Shown here in pieces: positions 39,960 through 50,594 of a stretch of DNA of 61,997 nt. Position numbers and translations under genes: made by a program. The stretch lies in contig JAVECO010000142.1 in NCBI GenBank assembly GCA_051942205.1, positions 1-61,997 on the forward strand. The letters are read 5' to 3'. The notes below the pieces were generated by a model. It worked only from the letters and a program-made list of their open reading frames with translations. It ran no database searches and had not been told where the DNA came from. Origin of the DNA: Coniocarpon cinnabarinum (lineage: Eukaryota). Positions within the stretch are counted from its first letter, which is position 1. Each line of letters begins with the position of its first letter.

Positions 39960-40600
39960 ACAGCATTGGCAATAAATACAGTGTAGCCGTCTACAAACAC
40001 CACAATTTCCATGTCGTTCTGTCTACACTCTTGTATCGCATCCCCAAAAACCTCCCAACCCCAACAGCAACGGAAGCGCCGCGACGAGCATTGAAGTCCT
40101 CCAAAAGTGACAACAAGCAGAACTCCACAAGATCATTGGACCTGCAACACTCCAACGTGCAACGCCTTCGCCAAGTACCATTGATACCGCATGATGGTTG
40201 CGCTTTCGATCACCTTCTTGATCTTTCAGATCTTGGATATGCATCGTGGTAAAAACGACGCCACTGGTCAACGCAATCCACTGATTTTGCAAATCATTCA
40301 GCCCGTTAATGCCCGCTGCAGTATTAAGATTGCCTCGTTGTAATTCGCAAACGCGTAGGTGATCAGAACGTTTTGCACAAGCCAGTGGACGGCACTACCG
40401 CTGATATCACTGTAGCCATGCCCCGCTGAATATCGCAGTCGCCTCTCCCGCCGTGCCTAGTGCGCTGTTGAGAGCCCAGCCATCGGCAAACACGTCACTA
40501 AGCAGCGGCGAGCTTGCTGCATAGACATGCGATTTGCAGGGATCGGACGCCATGGATTGTTGACACTGTCTTCTTCCACGACCCTCGCGGCAACATCAAG
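39960..40600 (-). pseudogene. Degenerate UbiA-family prenyltransferase/terpene cyclase-like gene (3' part)
   Basis: Minus-strand fragments EEDSVNNPWRPIPANR, YSDISG..HWLVQN, FTTMHIQDLKDQEGDRKR and DRTTWKLWCL*TATLYLLP lie in different frames; no N-terminal part is recognisable. Confidence 0.78.
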
Positions 40601-41463
40601 TCCCTCTGCTATGGGAAGATGTGCGATGCCGCTCTCGCGGCCTAGCGTCTTGTCTGAAAACGAGTTCTGAGTCGTTTTTAGGCCGTACTATCGGTTCCGC
40701 GAATTGCCGCGAATTGTAAAAAGGTTTCAAACGCATAGAACGTGCCTGAGACCGTGTCCTCCCAGTACTCCACTAGAAGACTCCTCGAAGTCTCCTCTCG
40801 AAGCGTGGCATCCGCCTCGTTAAGTCGATCAATGCCTGTGCGTAGCTCTTGGGTCCTTCGGTTAATTCATGAGTCGGCCCTTGCTCTTCGCGGCAATCAA
40901 TTTGATTCTGGTCTTCAGGAAGCGCCTCACTCTCTGCCTCGAGCACCCATGTCACAGGACAAAATCTTGCATGCAGTCGTCCATTGAAGAAGACACGAGG
41001 ATCTGGGGAGCCTTGGAGGATGTGAGAATGGACTGGCATGGCGTTACGATGAGTGCATAGACTCGGTGAGCGCATGACAGAAGAGGCCTGGGATCGAGCA
41101 TGATGGAAAGGGCATTCCTTGGGACGGTACAATGTTAGCATTCTGACACGCTCAGATACTGTGGAGCTATCGGGGCTGAGGGACTGAGATGACTGTCGCA
41201 GTCATAGGGACGTGACAGTCGTCCGAGAACGTAATTTGATCACCGCAGCCAAGGAAATGCAATCCGAATCTTACAAGAAGTCAATGAGTGCAACAAGTCA
41301 ACCCTTCAAATCGTGGTATTTTAGAAGTTGTGAAGGTATGCTCATAATTGCATCTGACGGCATGATATGCCACAAGCCGTCCTCTCAAGCTGGCCCAGAT
41401 CGTCATGCGTTTCGCCATCTTTCATCATGAGGTCAGTCCGGCAATCCCAAACGAGCGCCAGGT

Positions 41464-43745
41464 CTATGCAGAGACACCCACAAGCCCAAGAGGTGGCGCA
41501 AATTCATCAAGCATGTCATGAAAGACTTCCACCCCATCTTCCTCTTCATCCACCTGCTCTTCCTCCTCAGCAGGGTCTCGTCGATTGGAAGCGATGCGAT
41601 TGAAGAGCTGCCGCATATACGGCGTGACCTCATCTCCGCGAGCGTCGAAGAGCTGCTGCGCCGTATTGCCATCGCAGTCTGCCAGCGTAACGTCGAAGTT
41701 TGGTAAGTGCGATTGATTCGCGAACAGTTCCATCGTCCAGAGGTCAGCGCGCCGCGCCATCGTGTGTAGAAGTGTGTTGTCGAACATGTTGCGGAATGTT
41801 ATGGAAGCTCCTCTGCGCAACAAGATGCTGATGCATTCGTGACTGTTCATTGACACCGCTTCGTCAAGTGGGGAGATGGTGTCGCTGCGGACGTTGTTGA
41901 TGGCTGCGCCCCGTTCTAGTAAGTAGTGAAGCATACTGGGACGGTTCGTGAATGCTGCAGTCGAAAGCGCTGAGGACTCGTACGTGTCTTGCTCATCGAT
42001 GTCAGCGCCACCGTCGAGGAGAACACGAGCGCATTCCGGGTTGTCGCTGAAGTAGCAAGTAATGTTGAGGGCGTGCTGACCCCACTCGTTGTGTGCAGAG
42101 ACGTCAGCATGGTGATCTAGGAGGGCTTGCATGCAGCCAACTTTGGCGCCCTGAGCAGCATAATGGAGAGGTCTGAAACCAGCGACAGACGAGATCTCAG
42201 GATTGGCGCCATACTCAAGCAAGGTACGAACATGGTCTTCGTTCCCAATCTCGGCGGCCCAACTTAGCGGAGTCCGCTTGAAGGAGTCTAATGCGTTGAT
42301 GCTAGTCGTTGATATCTCGAGCTCGTCCTTGAGGCTTCGTTGTGAAGGTAACAGGTCAAGTACCAATTTGTGCAATGTAGAAAGATGACGATCTTCAAGC
42401 CAAGTCTCCTTTTCAAACAACACGGCAAGCACATCTGACTGGGCTGAAGACAGAGTCTGATTGCAGATCTTGTTCCATGCAAGGTCGGCCGGCGTCTCTT
42501 CGTTTGCAGCTGCTACGTCAGTGTGCGCCCCTTGCTTGACGAGAAATTGTGCCGTCTCGACTTGTCCGGCATCCACTGCGTAGTGCAGTGCCGTGTAGTT
42601 GAAATGCGAAGCGACATCGTACTTTGATGCTGCGCCATCACTGAACAGCTTTTTGATGCCATCGATATTGCCATTCTTTGCGAAGTAAAATAAATCACAT
42701 TCGTTCCGCACAAAGCGTGCAGGGACCAGTGCGCATTGAGGACCACTCAGTTGATCTGAGAGAATGATAGTCGACACCATACGATTGAGAAACCATTCAG
42801 GAAACCGATAGCTTATTTGGACGCTCGAATGAGATCTCCGCTTACACTTCGCTTCTGTGCAAGCCCACTTCAGTCCGGGTAGGCCGCTCGACTTGATGAG
42901 TAGGCTCCCCACGTATTGATTAAGACTCGACGGCGTCTTGATGCGAGCTTGCTGATGGCAGGCACAGCTGCATTTAGAGACACATTCGAGGCTTTTGGAG
43001 CGTGATCGCGGCCCTTCGATAGCCGCTGTGGAGTGATGTCGTTTCATTGGTGCAAATGAAGACATAGTCGGAAAAGGGTCAGAGCGCGATCTGTGTTTGA
43101 AGTTATCTGATGAGCCGTCTTGCAATTGTTGCGAGGTCCTAATTGAGTGCGTGCTCTCCCAGTAAGTATTGAAGGCAGAAACGAGTGCCCTCACCCCGCC
43201 GTGGTAGGCTATTGTATCATTTCTGGGTGGCGCTGGTCAGCTTGGATGATTTGTGGGAGCTCGCTTAAGGTGCCGCAGCGAGGCTGAGCTTGCAGCATCA
43301 CATGACTCGGGTGTGCAACTTACAGATTGGTGGCAGCCAATTGATTGCTCAGGTCCAACTTGGCCGAATGGAGTCTCGACCTCAGGTTTTCGACTCGGCC
43401 TTTGTCTGTCACCCATTTGTGCCGAGCGAAGAAGCTCTTGCGGGCTGACTTGGCATTGTCGATGTTGAATGCAGACCGCGAGCAAAGCTCCTTCAGCTCG
43501 TTCAGAATCGATTCCACATTGCCCAACACCAACCTCCAGGTGGGAGTGATCTCGTCATCTTGACGCTTTTGCACAGCAATGTGGACTGCAGCAAGCGATT
43601 GGTTTAGGCTGTCGACCTCGTCACACACGTAACCGATGGACTGCGGTGCACGGCGAATCTCTCGGAGGAGCCTCAGCTGTCTAGTGATCTCGTGGCAAAA
43701 TGTGATGAAAGTCAATGTGCTGGCAGCAATGGACAAGGGATCCAT
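41464..43745 (-). CDS. HeLo-like N-terminal domain (fungal STAND N-terminal type) plus Cys-rich linker plus ankyrin repeats; intron 43223-43323
   Basis: N-terminus MDPLSIAASTLTFITFC...RRAPQSI, CSCACH..C....C motif, ankyrin repeats (TALHYAV, RTPLSWAA, RPLHYAA, SALSTAA, SPLDEAV, TLLHTMA). A GTAAGT...GCTGAC...CAG intron joins the two ORFs in frame. Confidence 0.85.
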
Positions 43746-44389
43746 CAGAAGGGTAAAGATTTTCAACAGACATACTTGATCTTCTCGGAGGCTCCGCTTG
43801 GCAAAGATATAGTTTTTGATTTCACGGCACATGTGTCAGTAGGCTACGAGAAGGGCGTTGACAAGCACCCATTGAGGGAACGTCGGATGCACCTTTCGTG
43901 CATGCTCGAAGGCCGCTTTAGGAATGCTGCAGGCGCCGGGCTGCGCACATAGCCTTGTGATGTGTTCTGGAGGTTGAAGTTAGGCGAGGTCGTGCAGCAC
44001 GCCTGTGTTTCATTGGCACGACAGCATCCATAGCCACCACCGGCCAGAAACACTCCTCAGCCGGTATAGGTCAGGCCCCAAGGCTTGCCTGAGAGAACTG
44101 TATCTTTGCAGTGAGGTAAAAGTCGTAGCCTTGCTTGCGCAACAGTGATGTCTGCGGCGGTTGTGGAGGCTGTGGACAAGCAAGGCTGGCGTCGTTGAAG
44201 CTTGTCACTAACATCCAGTGGTTGCAACATCGCCGGAGCCCTATGACGGGCTTTGGAAGTCTCGCTAAGCTGGCGGGAAGTGTCGCAAGCACACCTAATG
44301 GAGTCTGCCCTACTTGTTGCGGCGCGCAGAGACGTTTGGAATGGGGTGATTCTTATAGCCAGTTTTCTCGTATGCCAAGATTTCGATCT

Positions 44390-44425
44390 ACGCGACGCGC
44401 TTCTCTTCGATATGACATGACGCGT
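44390..44425. promoter_or_regulatory. MCB-like cluster upstream of the BRCT gene
   Basis: ACGCGACGCGC at 44390-44400 and ACGCGT at 44420-44425, 85-120 bp before ATG 44510. Confidence 0.6.
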
Positions 44426-44509
44426 CGGTGACGGGACGACATGGGCTTTTTCGACACTCTCTGTTCAGTAACAATGGCAACATCCTAAAGCTCGTATACC
44501 GCTGCTAGC

Positions 44510-47020
44510 ATGGGTCATGCGACAGACCAAGTTACCAAGCAAGCACTATCTCCTGATCAATCGCCCAAGCATGCCGCGGATCACGATAAGCGCCCACTCG
44601 ATGGTGTCATCCTTTGTTGCACGTCTATTGCGCCCGAACAACGAGATGCGATGTGGGAATCCGCGCGAGAGATGGGAGCGTACACGAGACTCGACCTGAC
44701 TAAAGAGGCTACCCATCTCGTTGTTGGGGCTGTGGACACTCCCAAATACAAATATGTTGCCCGTGAGCGACCTGACATGCATGTGCTTCTTCCGTCGTGG
44801 CTTGAAGCAGTGCGGGAGAAGTGGATGGCCGGAGAAGATGTTGACGCCGATTCCCTGGCTTTGACGCACCGTCTTCCAACACTCTGGAGCCTGGAGATCT
44901 GTGTCACTGGTTTCAATGACTTACAGCAACGAACCGACATTCAAGATGTTGTCACTGCAAACGGAGCCACATACCATGGAGACTTGACGAAGGTGGTGAC
45001 ACATCTGATTGCTGCAGCTCCAACGGGCAAAAAATATGAATACGCCACTCAATGGGGCATCAAGCTCGTAACGATCGAATGGCTTCAGCAAAGTCTGCAG
45101 CGAGGGATGGTCCTTGAAGAGACCCTATACAGCCCAACCATGCCGGCTGAAGAGCGCGGCGTTGGCGCCGTGAAGACTTTGCAGCGTTCATATTCTGAAA
45201 AGATAGGGCCCAGGAAGCGTAAGAGTGGAGAGCTTCACAGCGGCGAACCTGAGGGCAAGAGGAAGCTGAGACGCACAGCAAGCGCGAAGTTCGAAAGTCA
45301 GAATAGTGGTATTTGGGACGATTTGAGCACAGCTGAAACCAGCCAAGCTCAGGCAGGTGCTGAATGGTCTGACGTTCCACGGGAGGTACAACATGCTAGT
45401 CGCCATTCTGAAACTTCTTCCCATAAGCCTCAATCGGCAGGGCAGACTTGCTCCTCGCCTACTCTCGCAAACGAAGACTCTGCCGTCAGCCTGCAACCAG
45501 AGCAAAATGGTATCTTTGACGGTTGCTGTTTTAGCACCTTCGGTTTGGACAAACGACAGGTATGCTAGCGAATCATTGCTAAGCATGCACAGAGTGCTAA
45601 TAACTCACAGACAACCATCCTCAGGCACCATGTGCGTCTGAATGGCGCAGAGGTCGTCGAGCATGCTCAGCTGCTAGAACGAAGTCCATCTTGCAAATCG
45701 AGCACGTTCTGCGTCGTAGCTTGGGACATACCGTACCATACGCTCCAGTATCAACTGCACAACGAGGGACTTGGCAACCTCAAATGCAAACTTGTAACCG
45801 CTTATTGGATTGAAAAATGCATCAAGAAGAGTGAGCTACTCAACTCAAACGCATTACCTATCTATAGGCCTCTGAGAAAGACAGTATTTCCAGAGCTCTC
45901 TGAATGGGTCATCACTCCTACTGGATTTGTTGATCTAGATTTGCTGCACTTTTCGAAGGCGGTGAAGCTGACAAGTGCCAAGTATTCGGAAGTATTGAAT
46001 GAATTCACTTCCGTCCTTGTCACAGGCTCAGATGTTGTCCCTGGATCCGAGAAGATTGCATTCGCAATCAACAACGACATTCCGATGGTCCCGCAAATCT
46101 GGTTCTGGACTAGCCTGGAGAATGGTGAACTACAAGACGTGGATAACTTTTTAATCCATCGACCTACGCACCAAAAAAAGCAAGCAACGACACCTGCTCT
46201 GCCGGGCACAAGCCGTCCAAGAGCTGGCGAGATCCAGCGCGAGAGCTGCGAACGCGATTCCTCCCTTGACGCGCATGCCACAAAACCGAAGCCACCAAAT
46301 GGTGGAGAGGAATGCGCACTAGGGCTCCCTGAAGAGTCCGCAAGCCATCTGTCAGGGCCAGATCGACGATCACAGCCTTTGCGGGAGATGTCAGAAGCTG
46401 AATCGAATTCCCAAAAGCAGCCTCCGTTCACCGAACAAAACTCTGCAGAGAAGAAGGTAGCCGCCCGTTCAGCCGGAAACCCCTCCGGCGTCTCTTATAT
46501 GTACCACGATGAGGATTCTACCTTAAGTATGCCAGTCGACCCCCAAAAGACTCGGGCCGCCTCTCAAAAGTCTCGCGGTGAGCAGCAAGATGCGATCGCA
46601 CATGCCATTGATCATCTGCGGGCCCACGCTCATTCAAACTCCATGGCAGCTTCAGAAAGCTCACCTCATACAAGACGACACCGAAAGCTTGGTCGCGCCC
46701 AGTCCAACCCATCCTCAATCGGGTCTCGCACGAACTCAGTGCAACTACAGCCTCACGCAGATGGCATCTTTGAAGAGGATGAAGACGAAATTTTCAGCGA
46801 AAGCAGAAGAAAAAGAGAAGAGTACATGCCCAGCCAGGCTTTGTTGTATGAGCATGAAGAGAGTAAGCTCGCCCGCGAAAAGCTACTCCGTAGAACGATC
46901 ACAGACGGCTCGGTAGATGAGGACGGGATGAGAAGGGTTGAAAGTATAGGGAGGGTGACAGATGCTATAGATCCCAAGTTCGAAAGAAAGGCAAGCACGC
47001 GAAGAGGCGCAGTAAGATGA
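44510..47020 (+). CDS. DPB11: Multi-BRCT replication/checkpoint protein (Dpb11/Cut5/TopBP1-like); intron 45560-45610
   Basis: PLDGVILCCTSI..MGA..DLTKEATHLVVG..TPKYKYVA..W, ICVTGF..NGATYHGDLTKVVTHLIA..GKKYEYA..WL, plus two further BRCT-like units. Confidence 0.85.
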
Positions 47021-47269
47021 CCAAGCAGCGAACATCCACAAATGCGAGCTTTTGCATACACGCGAGCAGATGTATTTGAGCATGAACGCAGCCAGTGTTG
47101 ATCATTGTTCACTCCATCCTTGCAAAGGACAGATTGGCCTCGTAACTTCATCCAGTTGAATGACGGCCAGTGTCGTATACCTCTTTCCTGTAGAAAGTCC
47201 TGTCATCGGCCTCGCACGTGTGCCCCTTTCGTCGCTATGCAAAATCAAAAGACATCACCGAGTCGGGCG

Positions 47270-48175
47270 TTATCGGACCTTCAGCCAACTCAGCACCCAA
47301 TCCCTCCAGCCATTGCCCATCCACGAGATCTTCGGCCCTGAGCTTAGTGGAATTGTCGACATGGATGGCCTCGGATTGCCGACTTTGCTGGCGTGAAGTG
47401 CTTCCCGCTGTTTCTCTCCTGCGTCGACTTTCTCCCCGCTGTTCGTGTTTGCAGCTGCCACGTGATTCGGCGCCTGGCCTTTGAGCGTTTCCACCAAATC
47501 GATAACAAGGTCATAGATCACGTGCGTCTCCTCCACCATCTCAGCTCGTTCGTCTTCATTGAGCACAGCATCCCACCGTGCTAATTGCACCTTCAGTGTT
47601 CCACGCAGTGCTTGATCTGACTCCAGGAATGAGAATCCGGCGACCTCGTTGCTGGCCTTGTGACCCCAAAACGAGGGATCAACGCTATTCAGTGTTCGCT
47701 GTAGGTAACGTCCCCCGGACAGGACGGCCATGTACCAAACATAGACGTGCGCAATCAGACGATGCGGCGTATCTACACAAGCTTTGATGCGTTGGGACAG
47801 CGCTGCTACAGGCGCAATCTCTTGCGTCTGCTTGGTGTCGATAGAAGCACGATCGCGTCCTGTGAGCAGACAAAGATGTCGCACATCGTCCTCGAACCTC
47901 TCTGACCTCCTGAGATCCTTTCTCAGCTGCGCCACCGACGATCCAGTGAGAGACGTTCGCACGACCTCCACACGTTCCCCGTCAGAAGGCACACAATCAT
48001 CAAGCGACCCCCACGTAGTCTCGAGCTCATTAAAGATCTGCGCAAAAGGCAGAATGCCATCGAGAAAAAGTGACGGCTCTGATGCGTGCGGTGGAAGCGC
48101 CAAGGGGAGCAGCGCAGTGATGGTCGAGTCGAGGACGGCGTGTCTGTCGTGGTTGGTTCGGGCGGCTTCGTCCAT
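47270..48175 (-). CDS. Heme oxygenase-like protein (Hmx1-like)
   Basis: RHAVLDSTITALLPLALPP with a candidate proximal His, LRRSERFEDDV, PHRLIAHVYVWYMAVLSGGRYL (distal GG motif). Confidence 0.75.
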   Translation of the reverse strand: MDEAARTNHDRHAVLDSTITALLPLALPPHASEPSLFLDGILPFAQIFNELETTWGSLDDCVPSDGERVEVVRTSLTGSSVAQLRKDLRRSERFEDDVRHLCLLTGRDRASIDTKQTQEIAPVAALSQRIKACVDTPHRLIAHVYVWYMAVLSGGRYLQRTLNSVDPSFWGHKASNEVAGFSFLESDQALRGTLKVQLARWDAVLNEDERAEMVEETHVIYDLVIDLVETLKGQAPNHVAAANTNSGEKVDAGEKQREALHASKVGNPRPSMSTIPLSSGPKISWMGNGWRDWVLSWLKVR

Positions 48176-48864
48176 GGCGTGGCGTGACGTGTGACTCGGA
48201 TCCGGCTGAGGCAAGATCAACGCGATCTTCGAAGTGTGGCGGTGTTTAGACCAAGACACGTGGTTGACGTGTTTGTACCAAGCCTGCGGAGTTGGGGCTA
48301 GTGCTTTCCAAAGTTATTGTTATGACCAGGTTTTGGGCCCCTTGTTTACCAACAAATCTCAGGCTCGTGTCTGAGACTCACCCACGATCTACAAATAAGC
48401 TAACCTTTCGTCTGTGCCTGTGCCTCAAGCACCTGCACAGTGTTCACAACGTCAGATTGCTGAGCATGGTCACCCCAAGCAGTACGCAAAAGTCACAAAT
48501 TTCAGCGACTCATACCTCAGACCCGGCACAGTGCAGCAAGAAGTGTGCGGTAGCGGTGTGCGATTGTAGTTTGGTTGTCCTCCCTTCACCGCTGCGACAC
48601 TTTACGTGCACGCATCGATGTGTGGATGCCGTCATAATCATGACCCTCAAAGATCTCTATAGATTATCCAGATATCACGTTTCTGCGGTTCACTCTGTCA
48701 TGATGGACCTTTCCACAGCACTTGCTTACTAGAAAACTATGCAAAGACGGCGCTGTCCCAGCTGCGTTGGTTTTCAATAACTCTCATTCCTTGGGATTTT
48801 CGCGAAAGTTTTTCTAACTTCTCCTGTTTTCTATGTTTTTCATGCTCTTTGGCCATGTCTTGCC

Positions 48865-50535
48865 ATGTCATCCTCTCCCTTGGCCATCGCATTCGCGCGA
48901 AAAGTCATCAGCACCAAACCTCAAAATTGTTCTGTCAAAGGCGCGTATCATGAAAACCTAATCTCAACACTTAAGCTGCTAACACCCGTCAATACAGAAT
49001 ACATTGTGTCCCTGCGAAGTCATCTAAGCAAGAAAGATGGCCAATACGAGTTCGCTGCGGCAGCTTATTGGAGGCAACGCTGTCAACAGGCCGAACGCCT
49101 TGCTCGAACCCTTCAGGACGATATGACGTGTTCTCGAGCGCTTGACACAGATGCTCTGAGCCGGCTGCAAGAGTTCAGCAAGGAGAGAGAACTCGAAGCT
49201 TCAGGCACTTCGCAGCGCAGGACCAATACATCGCTCCAAGCAGATCGAACACCTGCGCCGACCTCTGCTTCAGCCCGTGAAAGGACGATGCCATCGCAGA
49301 CTCGTGCTCGCAAGCGAAAGCTGCAAGGCTCGACCGAAATTGAACATGCGTGTCGCTCGTTGGTCGTGAAGTTGAAGTACCGCCGTCAGGACGGTACACC
49401 ACTGGCTCCTTTGGTAGACGAGCACAGCCTTCTCAGCGACGTCAAGGCAATGTTAGACGCGGAATCAGACACAAGATTAATAGAAGGTAATCGTGATGAT
49501 TGGTATTCAGGCGTGTCTGGCTTACATCCTGACGTAGTTGCTCGATCGGTCATTGCTGCTACTTATCGTATTTCTGAGAACGGAAAGCAAAGTCTGTCTG
49601 TTTCTTCGCCGTCTGAGCCTCAAGCATTCAAAGCGGCTTGCTGCTCGCTCGCAAATGCATTTGACTACATACGCAGCCTCTGCATTTCGTCGTCGACCGA
49701 GAATGTGCTTGCGATCGGAGCTTCACACGTTGGTCTGAATGACCGTTCACGAATCGCTGCATGGCTGATACAAAGCCTGCGTCAACTGATCGCTCAGCTG
49801 ATCTTACAAATCAAAACACACTCAGAACATGCAGACGTGACCGAGCGCCCACAGAGTCAAAATCGAATCAGTGATGTGACGATCCGAGTAGCCTTGAAGC
49901 AAGCCTTTTCCAACGGCCTGAGCCTACTGCACGACCTCATCTCTCATGTCAATGATTCACCAAACCAGAATACACGCAGTGTTCAATCCACCGCCATCGA
50001 CAGCGCAGTCAAAATCGCTGCATCACTTCTACAACAGATCATCAAAGAAAATGGCCAGGCTGTCGCAGACCTCTCGCGACCAACCCGACAGCCGCCAATC
50101 GACACACCATCAATCGCACACAAAGTCCAGACAGATCTTATTCGCGAGCTCATCGCTCGAAGCAGTTCCACCATTCGCTCTCAGCTGCGTCTCCCTCCCT
50201 CCTCTCCGACGACCCCAAGATCGATAGCAACGATGACACATTTCCTGCTCCCACTCCTTCAACTCGGCGTCAAAAGCCTGTCACCAACGGAAAACGCAAG
50301 CCTCGACGTCTTCAAGCAGGAAGCGAAGCGCAAATTGCAGGCGCTCCTTTGGACGACGGTGCTCGGCGATGTCGTGACTCCCCTGGTCGAACTCGACGAC
50401 GATTTGCCATCGCCCGACGAAGCGCGTCAAAACGCGGAACGCGATCTTCAACTCGGTGACGAAGAATCGCCCTGGTTTCTCGTGGAACTGGAACAGTTGA
50501 TGGGCGTCGACATCGCCCTCGAAGGACTGAACTGA
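48865..50535 (+). CDS. Hypothetical protein, 556 aa, no family recognised
   Basis: 1.67-kb uninterrupted ORF from an ATG, filling the gap between two known genes; basic RARKRK patch. Confidence 0.75.
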   Translation: MSSSPLAIAFARKVISTKPQNCSVKGAYHENLISTLKLLTPVNTEYIVSLRSHLSKKDGQYEFAAAAYWRQRCQQAERLARTLQDDMTCSRALDTDALSRLQEFSKERELEASGTSQRRTNTSLQADRTPAPTSASARERTMPSQTRARKRKLQGSTEIEHACRSLVVKLKYRRQDGTPLAPLVDEHSLLSDVKAMLDAESDTRLIEGNRDDWYSGVSGLHPDVVARSVIAATYRISENGKQSLSVSSPSEPQAFKAACCSLANAFDYIRSLCISSSTENVLAIGASHVGLNDRSRIAAWLIQSLRQLIAQLILQIKTHSEHADVTERPQSQNRISDVTIRVALKQAFSNGLSLLHDLISHVNDSPNQNTRSVQSTAIDSAVKIAASLLQQIIKENGQAVADLSRPTRQPPIDTPSIAHKVQTDLIRELIARSSSTIRSQLRLPPSSPTTPRSIATMTHFLLPLLQLGVKSLSPTENASLDVFKQEAKRKLQALLWTTVLGDVVTPLVELDDDLPSPDEARQNAERDLQLGDEESPWFLVELEQLMGVDIALEGLN

Positions 50536-50594
50536 TTGGTATCGCAAGGGTATCATACATCTATCGTACATCATTACTTCATACGTGCATTTAC

